The notes below the pieces were generated by a model, which was not told the origin of the DNA, did no database searches, and saw nothing but the letters and a program-made list of their open reading frames with translations. 64,000 bases of DNA, from the NCBI GenBank assembly GCA_021108075.1, contig JAIORP010000150.1, forward strand, positions 3,396-67,395. Direction: 5' to 3'. This stretch comes from Candidatus Omnitrophota bacterium (GTDB taxonomy: Bacteria; Omnitrophota; Gorgyraeia; Zapsychrales; Zapsychraceae). Shown here piece after piece: positions 29,369 to 38,445 of this stretch (its first letter is position 1; each line of letters opens with the position of its first letter). Made by a program: the position numbers and the translations under genes.

Positions 29369-30241
29369 ATGAATAGAGACCTGACTTTTGAATCTATCCT
29401 TAAACGTGATAATAACTGGACACTCTTTAAAGAGCTTTACAAAAATCGACTTTCTAAAAATGTCATCCACGAAGTTGAGAAAATGCTTAATTGCTGTAGC
29501 AAAGACTGCGGCTTCGCCACTTTCATTTGCCCCCATTGCGGCCAAACTAAAACCTTTCCTTTCAGCTGTAAAAGCAAGCTCTGTTCTCGTTGCGGAAAAA
29601 AACATACCGACATTTGGGCACATACACTCTCTGAGAAACTACTCAACTGTGATCACCGACACATCATCCTGACTATCTCTGATAAACTCTGGAATTTCTT
29701 CATTAATCGTCCCGATAGACAGAAACTCCTTTTGGACTCTGCCGCTAAAATCATTAATGAAATCTTCTCACTCAAACAAAAACTAACCCTCGGCATAATT
29801 CTTGTTCTCCACCCTTTTGGCGATGATCTAAAATCTAACTTTCATGTCCATGCCTTAGTCTCCTGCGGTGGTCTTAACGCTAAACGTAGCCAATTCATTG
29901 ATGTTAATTTTATCCCTTACGATAAACTCAGGAATAAGTGGCAATATCTTATCCTGACCGCCCTTCGTGATCTCTACGCACATGACGAACATTCTCTCAA
30001 CCCTACCATCAATTGGTGTTTCAAATATCTCAAAAATGGCTTCTGCGTCTTTGCTGACTCCATCGTCAAAGGCTCAAAAAAACATGTCCTTCGTTACATC
30101 GCTCGATATACTCGGCATCCTCCTATCTCTACTCGGCGCATCACCAATTACGACGGCTCCTATGTCACCCAACGGAAAATCTTCAGTCCTGCATCATTGC
30201 AAAACTTCCTTATGCCGCCTTTTACCGGCCTGATACATTGA
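29369..30241 (+). mobile_element. IS91-family (HUH, Y2) transposase gene, probably C-terminally truncated
   Basis: N-terminal zinc-binding domain with CxxC pairs (CPHCGQ, CSRCGKKH), the HUH-like HVHALVSCGG block and the YxxxY region LRYIARYTRHPPIS. 290 aa is shorter than the typical 380-400 aa. Confidence 0.65.
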
Positions 30242-30283
30242 ATAAATTCTTAATCCTTTAAACCCCCGAGCCACGACCTACAA

Positions 30284-30868
30284 TTACCGATTTTCCATCG
30301 CTTTTTTATCAATCTCGCTTTTAAACATGTTGTAATGGCGCTTGATACGTTCAACATAATCCCGATCTTTAATCAAAACATCTTTTACAAGCTCAAGAAT
30401 TTCCGGCGCATGATGGGACTGCGGACTGCCAAGATTAAGGGAAGGCCCTTTAATCTCGGCAACCATATGAGGGTCATCATCTTTATACCACTTTCGATAA
30501 AAATCTGTCGACTCCCATCCATAACACACGACCGCCTCTACATTGTGTCGCGGCGCAGATGTCACATAGAAAAATACCCGCCTGCAATCACAATTGCGTT
30601 CACGGCAATACATTTCGTGAAAAACATATATTCCCTCTGGCAAACTAGAATGTTCGCCATCCATGATTGTGATATTGCGGGTTTCTTTCTCGGCAATTTC
30701 AGGAAAACGGGCACCGAACAATTCATAACCCCAGTCGTCACCTGTCGAATATTCATCCGCCCCGGCATTACTCGATCTCCGCCCTTCTTCAGGCAAACAA
30801 CATTTCTTGTACTTCTTCCCGCTGCCACAATGGCAGGGATCATTTCTGCCAATATTTCCCATCCTCAT
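30284..30868 (-). CDS. SEC-C motif protein, Cys-rich, function unknown
   Basis: N-terminal SEC-C metal-binding motif NDPCHCGSGKKYKKCC plus further Cys pairs (CRERNCDC). Confidence 0.45.
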   Translation of the reverse strand: MRMGNIGRNDPCHCGSGKKYKKCCLPEEGRRSSNAGADEYSTGDDWGYELFGARFPEIAEKETRNITIMDGEHSSLPEGIYVFHEMYCRERNCDCRRVFFYVTSAPRHNVEAVVCYGWESTDFYRKWYKDDDPHMVAEIKGPSLNLGSPQSHHAPEILELVKDVLIKDRDYVERIKRHYNMFKSEIDKKAMENR

Positions 30869-30891
30869 CCTCCGAAAATTCCGCGAATCAA

Positions 30892-31326
30892 TTATTGTTG
30901 TCTTAATTTACTGTTCCAGTATTCATTGTAGGCTTCATAACCCTTCTTGGTAGTCAGGAATTTCATATGTTGTTCAGCATTCAGCTTGTAGGCTGACATA
31001 CTTTTTACTCCCATCCTTCTCGCCTTTTGCATTCTATGATTGCCATCGATCAGATTATATCGCCCCGGTGATATCTCTGCCATTATCACAGGCCGCGAGA
31101 CATCAACGTTATCTACATGAGACTCATCAAGAGAAGAAAAATCCTTGAAGAAATCCTCTACCGCAACCGTCTCAAGTGTAATATCAGCAGGATTTTTCTG
31201 AATATATTCAATCATCTTTGTAATATTAAACTCGAAAATGCCATTTGGAAAAAGCTCATCTCCATTATCAACCGGGCAAGGGGTAAAATTTTTATCAATA
31301 CTGAATTTATTTGCCATCTTATCCAA
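30892..31326 (-). CDS. ParB/sulfiredoxin-superfamily (DGQHR-like) nuclease-domain protein
   Basis: The IDGNHR motif matches the DGQHR/ParB-N catalytic signature. 144 aa. Confidence 0.4.
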   Translation of the reverse strand: MDKMANKFSIDKNFTPCPVDNGDELFPNGIFEFNITKMIEYIQKNPADITLETVAVEDFFKDFSSLDESHVDNVDVSRPVIMAEISPGRYNLIDGNHRMQKARRMGVKSMSAYKLNAEQHMKFLTTKKGYEAYNEYWNSKLRQQ

Positions 31327-31395
31327 AAAACATTATGCTGTTGATTGTGCCACAGCTTGTGGCACTTTTAGTCAATCTCTTTCCAAAATTGCCGC

Positions 31396-31635
31396 TCATT
31401 CCAAATCAGGAATGTCTTCACGAGAAAGCAAGAGCCGGATTGACCGTGCCTTTCCTGGCGTTTGCTCGATGAATCCGATTTTGATTAAAGACTGTATCAT
31501 CCTCTGCACAGCACCCCATTCCATTTTGAAATATCGCTCCATATCAACGCGTGCAGGAGGAACTCCATGAATCTTCTCATAATAATAAATAAACGCAAGA
31601 TACTGCCCTTGCTTTTGCGTGAAACATTTTCTCAT
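31396..31635 (-). CDS. Small hypothetical protein (possible winged-helix)
   Basis: 79 aa. Third gene of a contiguous minus-strand operon. GFIEQTPGKARSIRL resembles a wing/recognition helix. Confidence 0.3.
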   Translation of the reverse strand: MRKCFTQKQGQYLAFIYYYEKIHGVPPARVDMERYFKMEWGAVQRMIQSLIKIGFIEQTPGKARSIRLLLSREDIPDLE

Positions 31636-31648
31636 TATTTACAGCCCC

Positions 31649-31894
31649 TTAATTTCCATAAACCTCAGATTCTTCATCTGTTTGTATATCTATGTATTCC
31701 CACATTTCATTCTGATGAAGCCACACAGGATCAGCATTATTACGGACAAATTCATCAACAGGTATGCCATCAATCGTCTCCAGACGTTTAACTCGTTTTT
31801 GTTTCCCATTAATGAAAATAGTCATGTATTTCTTTTGCCGTTCCTTTTTTATTTGCTTCTCCTCAGTCATCAACTTTTGTTTAAGATTTCCCAT
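31649..31894 (-). CDS. Small hypothetical protein
   Basis: 81 aa, tightly spaced within the operon. Confidence 0.25.
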   Translation of the reverse strand: MGNLKQKLMTEEKQIKKERQKKYMTIFINGKQKRVKRLETIDGIPVDEFVRNNADPVWLHQNEMWEYIDIQTDEESEVYGN

Positions 31895-31897
31895 TAT

Positions 31898-32173
31898 TTA
31901 TTCCTTAATCTTTTCCGACTTGCCATACCTTTTATCCATATAATCCGTCATTTCCTGAATCACTGCCTGACCGTCTATCTGGTCAGAATTCGGCTCATAA
32001 GAAAAACACAAAAAAACATCCTCATCCTGATCATTCCTGTTTAGATTACAAAGAATTTCCTGTTTAGGATCAACATCCTTTTTACAGGTCGCACACAAGC
32101 TGGGCTTCGGCACTATGCCCGGATTAAATGGCGTGCCATCATCATTAAAATACCCATGCATTTCTTCACTCAT
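31898..32173 (-). CDS. Small hypothetical protein
   Basis: 91 aa. Its start overlaps the stop of the helicase gene by 4 bp. Confidence 0.3.
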   Translation of the reverse strand: MSEEMHGYFNDDGTPFNPGIVPKPSLCATCKKDVDPKQEILCNLNRNDQDEDVFLCFSYEPNSDQIDGQAVIQEMTDYMDKRYGKSEKIKE

Positions 32174-34260
32174 TCTTTTCCTCCAATGGTTTCATTGACG
32201 GAACAACCCATCGCCTTATATGTCTTTAACCGCCTTTGATACATGCTGGCCAAAACCGGGACTTTATGATCGACGTAATCATAAATTCGAACCTCACTTT
32301 TTCCATGATACTCCCGATGTAACCGGCCAGAATATTGGACAATCTTTCCTTTGAAAGAAATTGGCATTGTTAGAAACAAAGTATCCAAACGAGAATCATC
32401 AAATCCTTCTCCAATATAAGCCCCCGTTGCTAATAAAGCCTTTCGATGACCATTGGAGTCATCTTTAAACTCCTCCAATATTTCTTTTCTTTTTTTGGCC
32501 TTCAGACCGCCGTGGAAGATAGCCAAATGATCAATATGATTCTTAAGAGCTTCCGCTAGAAATTCAAGATGATTTTTTCGTTCCGTGAGAATAATTGGAA
32601 ATCGCCCATCTTCGATCGCCTTAAGAATATCTGCTATGATCATTTGATTCCTCTGGCTATTCTCAACTAACTTCGGCCAGACTTCATGAATCTTAGAGTC
32701 CTCAGTCCACTTACAGGTAAATTCAGTACTGCGTGACACAACTAAAAATTCGGAAATATGCTGATTAACGTCCTTCTGCCTAATTCTGGCAACAACCGGA
32801 CCGCATTGCATGTGAATAATGGGTTGGTGACCATCACGTCTATAAGGTGTTGCTGTTAATCCAAGCACATATTTTGACTTTGATTGCATCATAACTCGTT
32901 CAAAGGAAACTGCCCCAATGTGATGACATTCATCAACAATAATAAAACCATATTCTGCAATCCGATCATCAACAACGCCCTTGCGTTCCATACTTTGGAT
33001 CATCGCAATATCAATAACGCCAAAAGACTTGTCTTTCCCCGATCCGATTTGCCCTATCTCTTTAACATCAATTCCCAAAAAAGCGGCTATTTGTAATCTC
33101 CATTGCTCCATCAACGGTTTTCTGTGAACAAGGACAAGAACATTAGTTTTCCGTTTCGCTATCATATGAATAGCAAGGACCGTTTTCCCAACGCCAGGTG
33201 GAGCTACTAAAATACCAACATCCTTCTTATTCAATTTTCTTGCGGCTTTTTTCTGCTCATCCGTTAGAGTGCCCACAAAATTAAATTTTTTCTTCTTCCC
33301 AAAAAATTTCTTATCATCGACATCCACGTCAATACCATATTCTTCTAAGATAGAATAAACATCATCCAGACACCCTCGTGGTAAAGCTAAATAATCATCA
33401 ACTATTTCAGAACAGCATATAATCCTTGGTGTCGCATGTGTGGAAAACCGCATACTCTGACGCCGGTAAAATTCCGGGTTATGAAACGCAGCCAAACGTT
33501 TTAGTTGATTTAATAAAACAGCTGGCACATCGTTGGTATTGATATAAATACAATTGGCAATAACCAAATTCAATGAATCCGGAAGATCAGATATTTTCGC
33601 TTTGTATTGTGTTTTACTTGAGGGAAGCCTCATCCAAGGGGAATCTTTCTCATCTTGAGGGCTATTTCTAATACCTTCCATTTGGCTCTGTTCAGATGAA
33701 CCTTTGGTGATTATTTCAATTTCACGATACGACATTTTTCTTATTGATGCCAGAAACTGCCATTGATTCTCGCAAGGATTACCTTTATCATCAATAAACA
33801 CACTATTGTCACATCTTCTGGCCTGCCTTTGCAACGGCAGGGCAATCAGATTGCCAAACCCACCTTTCGGCAATGTGTCCTGATTCGGAAATAGACGATC
33901 ATAGCTTTTCATATCAAGTTGATAATAATTAGACATTGTCTTTGTAAGTAGCATACTTCCGAGCTTTCTTGCCATAGAAGCAGGGATTTCATCATTAAAA
34001 AAGATCCAGGCATGAGCTCCATTGCCAGACTGCGACCTTTCAATAGCAACCGGAACATTCTGAGCATCACATGTGTTTTTAAAGGCCATAACATCATTCA
34101 TCCATTCTTCTTTATCAAAGTCAGCAGCAAGGAAAAAACAATGTTCATTTGTCAACATCGGATAGACGCCAATAACACATTGTCCTTCCAGATGATTAAT
34201 CATAACTTCTTCACTTACGGGGACAAATTCGCGGCTGGGGAACAACATGAAAAGAATCAT
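32170..34260 (-). CDS. AEP-type primase-polymerase domain fused to an SF2 DEAD/DEAH-like helicase
   Basis: N-terminal AEP motif I (FLAADFDKEE) and motif III (SGNGAHAWIFF). The helicase part has Walker A VAPPGVGKT, the DEcH box IIVDECHHIG, motif III GLTATPYRRDG and motif VI QYSGRLHR. Confidence 0.6.
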   Translation of the reverse strand: MILFMLFPSREFVPVSEEVMINHLEGQCVIGVYPMLTNEHCFFLAADFDKEEWMNDVMAFKNTCDAQNVPVAIERSQSGNGAHAWIFFNDEIPASMARKLGSMLLTKTMSNYYQLDMKSYDRLFPNQDTLPKGGFGNLIALPLQRQARRCDNSVFIDDKGNPCENQWQFLASIRKMSYREIEIITKGSSEQSQMEGIRNSPQDEKDSPWMRLPSSKTQYKAKISDLPDSLNLVIANCIYINTNDVPAVLLNQLKRLAAFHNPEFYRRQSMRFSTHATPRIICCSEIVDDYLALPRGCLDDVYSILEEYGIDVDVDDKKFFGKKKKFNFVGTLTDEQKKAARKLNKKDVGILVAPPGVGKTVLAIHMIAKRKTNVLVLVHRKPLMEQWRLQIAAFLGIDVKEIGQIGSGKDKSFGVIDIAMIQSMERKGVVDDRIAEYGFIIVDECHHIGAVSFERVMMQSKSKYVLGLTATPYRRDGHQPIIHMQCGPVVARIRQKDVNQHISEFLVVSRSTEFTCKWTEDSKIHEVWPKLVENSQRNQMIIADILKAIEDGRFPIILTERKNHLEFLAEALKNHIDHLAIFHGGLKAKKRKEILEEFKDDSNGHRKALLATGAYIGEGFDDSRLDTLFLTMPISFKGKIVQYSGRLHREYHGKSEVRIYDYVDHKVPVLASMYQRRLKTYKAMGCSVNETIGGKE

Positions 34261-34373
34261 CAGTGGGCGAGTTATTTAATTCAAATAATAATTTTTCTTT
34301 GAGTTCACTAAGAATTCCTATTTGTGATTCAACATTCTTTAGTTTCTCTAAAACTTTTTTTCGTGACTGCGAC

Positions 34374-35067
34374 TTATGCATCGATTAAAATTTCCCAATG
34401 TCCACCCTTATCGGGTCCCACACGTTTTATCACTTCCTTTTTCCTTAAACTTTCAATATGTTTTTGAACGGCTGAAGGGTTAATTTTAAGTTTCTCTGAT
34501 AACTCTTTCCTTGATATATCAAGCTTTTGCTGAATGAACCTAACAACCTCACTTTGACGCTCCGTTAACTCTGACCACCTTTTCTGACCACCTTCTGACC
34601 ACCTTCTGACCACCTTTTTCACCCCCCTTTTCTACCCCCCTGGCTTTTAACCCCATTCTCTCCTCATAACTCTGCTTCTGAAGATCAGGACGGACAAACG
34701 TCACGGTGAACCAGTTCTCGTCGGCTTCAATCTTCGAGGCTGGCAGACGGTAATCCTTCATAGACTGCTTAATACGCAGGATACCGGAGCCCGCCTTTTC
34801 AACAAGATCCATTCTCTGTAATAGGCCAAAAAGCAGAACATTGCGAGGCATACTTTTTTTACCCAAATCGGACATCCTCATTCCAGACACCAGACCGCCA
34901 GGGCTGACAAACTCAACTCGGTCGGAATAAATATACACCTGAATATTTCCTGTCAGAAAATAATTACGGTGCCCCATCGCATTCAAAAGAGCCTCACGAA
35001 GAGCATCTTCAGGTAACTCTAAAACCTCTTCTCTCGGACCGCCTTTGATGATGTATTCCGTATTCAA
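34374..35067 (-). pseudogene. RecG-C-terminal-like HATPase_c_4 + winged-HTH regulator. It is frameshifted inside an 11-bp tandem repeat and truncated at the 5' end by the IS3 element.
   Basis: ORF 34549..35067 holds the HATPase_c_4-like core. ORF 34374..34622 holds the C-terminal wHTH. The two frames meet in the repeat tract (CTGACCACCTT)x4 at 34562-34610, which encodes (K)VVRRWSE in both frames. The expected N-terminal AlbA_2-like domain is absent; the IS3 element ends 40 bp upstream. Confidence 0.5.
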
Positions 35068-35106
35068 TTTGGACTTAATACAATACTTCCCTTGTCAAGA
35101 CCAAAG

Positions 35107-36196
35107 TTAAGGCAATTTAAGGTGGGGGCTTTTTGGGGGCGAAAATTTAAGCCCCGAGTAAACTTCCCACGGTGTTTGATATTCCAGAGACTGATGTAAA
35201 CGATCGGTGTTGTAAAAATTAAAAAAATCTTTCAATCCGTGTTTCACGTCAGTTATTGTACGATATTCATGAACATAAATGTTATCATATTTCACCGTTC
35301 GCCACAGCCGCTCAATAAAAATATTGTCAAAAACTCGTCCACGGCCATCCATACTGATTCGGATATTGTTCGATAACAATTTTTGAGTGAATTCGTTTGA
35401 CGTAAACTGAACGCCCTGATCCGAATTAAATATGCCCGGACGCCCGTAATCAAAAGCTTCTTCAACACATTCCACGCAAAAATCAGCTTCCAGCGTATTG
35501 CTCAGACGCCATGACAGAACATAACGGCTGTACCAGTCCATAACAGCCACCAGATAACAAAATCCTTTCGCAAGCTGAATGTACGTGATATCAGTGCACC
35601 AGACCTGATTCGCCCGAACAATGTCCAATCCCTTTAACAAATATGGATATATCCGATGCTCTGGATGTCTCTTGCTTAACTTTGGCTTCGGATAGATCGC
35701 CAAAAGATTCATCGTGCGCATCAATCGGCGAACAAGCTTCTCACCGACTTTGTATCCAAGTCGACGTAAATTCTGCATCATCTTAAACACCCCGCAGGCT
35801 TCCTTCATGAATCGCAGATCAATCTCTTTGCGTAATTGATCCTCAGACTCAATGTTTTTCTGGCGATGTTGATAATACAAATTCGAACGGTTAAATCCTA
35901 ATAATTCACATTGCCGTCGGATACTAATATCCGGGTTATCCTTCTCAATGAACAGGTATCGCTGATCCCGGCTTATAATCCGAGATTTTTTTTAACCAGG
36001 CATTCTCAACCTGCATTCGCCCGATCTCTTTGTACAAATTGTCTATTTTCCGTTCCGCATCCGGCTCACGCTCATTTTTTCGGATGAAAATATTGGAAAT
36101 ATTTTCTTTCAACTGCTTTTTCCATTTGGTAATCATATTGCTGTGGACTTTATATTCAGAACTGATCTCTGCAATCCATCTCGCGGCTCGATACAT
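35107..36196 (-). mobile_element. IS3-family insertion sequence (orfA/orfB with an A-run frameshift site)
   Basis: OrfB 35107..35880 has an rve DDE integrase core (WCTDITYI..., DQG..., E in RLWRTVKYD). OrfA 35945..36196 has an HTH and leucine zipper. The A8 slippery run at 35985-35992 on the minus strand lies between them. The OrfA N-terminus looks about 20 aa short, so the element may be slightly degenerate. Confidence 0.8.
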
Positions 36197-36504
36197 TTTT
36201 TCAACGATAGAATCATGCCTTCTCTTATATTAACTAAATGTGAACAAATCTTTGGTTGCCAAATTGGAAAGAAATTTTCGTTTTATTATTAATATAACTA
36301 AAAATATACATATTACTAAATTAATATACATGATTATCAACAACAACAAATGTATAAAAAAATAGACACACCGTTGGGGTGGGTTGTCCTAGTATGTCCT
36401 GGGTTGGGAGGGGTATAAAAGCGTTTTTAAAAAACGTATATTACTAATGTGTTATTCCTCAATGGTTTAAGATGTTGTGAAAAAAGTTCGCCTTTTTGGC
36501 GGTT

Positions 36505-36520
36505 TGGCACGTTATTTGCT
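36505..36520 (+). promoter_or_regulatory. Sigma-54 (-24/-12) promoter upstream of the sugar-transferase/PEP-CTERM genes
   Basis: TGGCACG-TTAT-TTGCT has exact GG-N10-GC spacing. It lies 39 bp upstream of the 36559 start codon. A sigma-54-dependent regulator is encoded at 47516..48913. Confidence 0.5.
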
Positions 36521-36558
36521 TATAGTAAAGTAAGAATTTAAATTAAAAAACGCTTTCT

Positions 36559-37407
36559 ATGAAAAAAATGAAATATATTAAAAAGATACAGCTAACATTA
36601 ATTATTCTTGGATTCGCAATTCTTTCGATTTCAACCATGGCTTTGGCATCAATTCCAATCATTGAGCCAGAGAATGCGGAATTGACATTAAATATCCAGG
36701 ATGAAGAAATCATTCCTACTAATTTGCCGCAGGAAAAGAAGACCAAGGCTCCAGAGCCTGCAACCATCTTTTTGTTTGGCAGTGGTTTTATTGGCATGGT
36801 CATGAGTTTTGTCCGTAAGACCTATGCCGCAATTAAAAAGGTCTTAGATTTTATTTTTTCTGTTTTTCTTTTCATCGCCATCTCACCGCTCATGCTTTTA
36901 CTCGCGTTGCTTGTTAAACTGACATCACGAGGTTCGGTTATTTACTCACAGATTCGAGTGGGTAAAGATGGTAAATTATTCAAAATATTTAAGTTTCGTT
37001 CCATGAAAGTCGATGCCGAAAAGAATTCCGGTCCGGTTTGGGCTGCTGAAAATGATAACCGATTAACCCCTGTTGGTGGCTTTTTGCGCAAATCACATCT
37101 TGATGAATTGCCACAGTTATTTAATGTTTTAAGGGGAGAGATGAGCATCATTGGTCCACGTCCGGAAAGACCAAAGTTTGTTGATGAATTTAAGCAAGCT
37201 ATACCTGATTATGAAAAAAGATTAAGAGTTCAACCAGGCATTACAGGATTAGCTCAAGTTTGGCATCGATATGACGAAACCATGGACGATGTTAAGAAAA
37301 AATTAAAATACGACCTTTTATATATCAAAAAGATGTGCTTGTGGGCTGATTTTAACATTATGCTGCGCACCGTTCGAGTTGTCATTACGGGCGAAGGAGC
37401 CAGATAA
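36559..37407 (+). CDS. Priming sugar transferase (Bac_transf/WbaP C-terminal type) with an in-frame N-terminal signal peptide plus PEP-CTERM-like unit
   Basis: Residues 93-282 hold the Bac_transf domain (LDFIFSVFLFIAISPLMLLLALLVKLTSRGSVIYSQIRVGKDGKLFKIFKFRSM ... IIGPRPERP). Residues 1-92 hold a signal peptide, a linker, then APEPATIFLFGSGFIGMVMSFVRK (PEP motif, TM helix, basic tail). Confidence 0.75.
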   Translation: MKKMKYIKKIQLTLIILGFAILSISTMALASIPIIEPENAELTLNIQDEEIIPTNLPQEKKTKAPEPATIFLFGSGFIGMVMSFVRKTYAAIKKVLDFIFSVFLFIAISPLMLLLALLVKLTSRGSVIYSQIRVGKDGKLFKIFKFRSMKVDAEKNSGPVWAAENDNRLTPVGGFLRKSHLDELPQLFNVLRGEMSIIGPRPERPKFVDEFKQAIPDYEKRLRVQPGITGLAQVWHRYDETMDDVKKKLKYDLLYIKKMCLWADFNIMLRTVRVVITGEGAR

Positions 37408-37519
37408 TCAGAGCAAGCTTTTATATTACAAGTCCTAAACGTAAATAAGCAGTAGGGCATAACATAGATGAAATCAATTTCAAAACATATTTTAATAACA
37501 AGAAAAGGAGGGTAACAGA

Positions 37520-38365
37520 ATGAAAAAATTGCTGATTACAGCTATTATTCTGACCTTTGGCATCGTACCATCAGCACACGCTTTTTCTTTAGGCGGGTAC
37601 ACAGGCTCAGTTACGTTTGACTTTATAAACTACGATGTAGGTACTACTTACAATGCAAATACAAACATCGTTAACGGAGCTGACGGTCAGGGTGACAGTT
37701 ACGGTATTATAAAGAATTTTACAATTATTGATCCTAACACAGCGCAACCATTGTGGCAATCATCCGCTAATGAATCGATTGAAGGTGTGTTTTATGGTAT
37801 CGATGACAACAACGTGAGCATCAACCCTGATTATAGTGGAACAATTGATTCAATTGGTGGTTTCTTAGATCTATATCTATCGACTTCTAATTTGAATCCT
37901 GTTGGCGGTACTGCGCCTGCCGTTCCATTAGCCGACTTGAATAATCCATATGCCGCGGGTACAGATCCATGGAATGCCAGTGACGGAACGCTTTTCTTAA
38001 GATTAGCATTCGTTCCCGGCGCTTCAATCGTTGATCCAACATCAACATATCATCAAACTATTGATTCTATGGCGAATCCTGTTCGTGGTGAAGGTAGTGG
38101 TTATTTAATGGTTGTTGGTGGTCAATATGCTTCAATGTTTGATTCAAACCAATTTGATAGCTTTTCTTCTGGTGCGGATTTCTACTTCTCAAATGATTTT
38201 GACGCGAGAGGATTAACACCGGCACAAATTGCAGCAGGTTGGTTAGTTTTTAGTGATGGTAAAGCATTAGGTTATGCTGTTCCAGAACCAGCTACTATGG
38301 CTCTTTTGGGTAGTGGTTTATTCGGTTTAGTTGGTGCTGCCATTAGAAAGAAAAAATTAGCTTAA
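37520..38365 (+). CDS. PEP-CTERM sorting-domain protein (secreted exosortase substrate)
   Basis: Signal peptide. A Gly/Asn/Ser/Thr-rich body. The C-terminal sequence VPEPATMALLGSGLFGLVGAAIRKKKLA is a canonical PEP-CTERM. A strong RBS AAAGGAGGG precedes the gene. Confidence 0.85.
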   Translation: MKKLLITAIILTFGIVPSAHAFSLGGYTGSVTFDFINYDVGTTYNANTNIVNGADGQGDSYGIIKNFTIIDPNTAQPLWQSSANESIEGVFYGIDDNNVSINPDYSGTIDSIGGFLDLYLSTSNLNPVGGTAPAVPLADLNNPYAAGTDPWNASDGTLFLRLAFVPGASIVDPTSTYHQTIDSMANPVRGEGSGYLMVVGGQYASMFDSNQFDSFSSGADFYFSNDFDARGLTPAQIAAGWLVFSDGKALGYAVPEPATMALLGSGLFGLVGAAIRKKKLA

Positions 38366-38393
38366 TTATTCTCGGATAATTGAGTTTATGATA

Positions 38394-38431
38394 AAAGACA
38401 TAGGATCTTTTTGATCCTATGTCTTTTTTTG
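38394..38431 (+). terminator. Rho-independent terminator after the PEP-CTERM gene
   Basis: A perfect 14-bp stem AAAGACATAGGATC/GATCCTATGTCTTT with a 5-nt loop, followed by T7. Confidence 0.6.
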
Positions 38432-38445
38432 TGCGGTTACCTTTA

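Noticed and set aside
34562-34610. Possible CRISPR-like direct repeats
   Set aside because: The 11-bp units are contiguous with no spacers and lie inside a coding frame. Together with the family-B palindromes, which are dispersed with irregular spacing, they do not form a repeat-spacer array. I saw no CRISPR array in the window.
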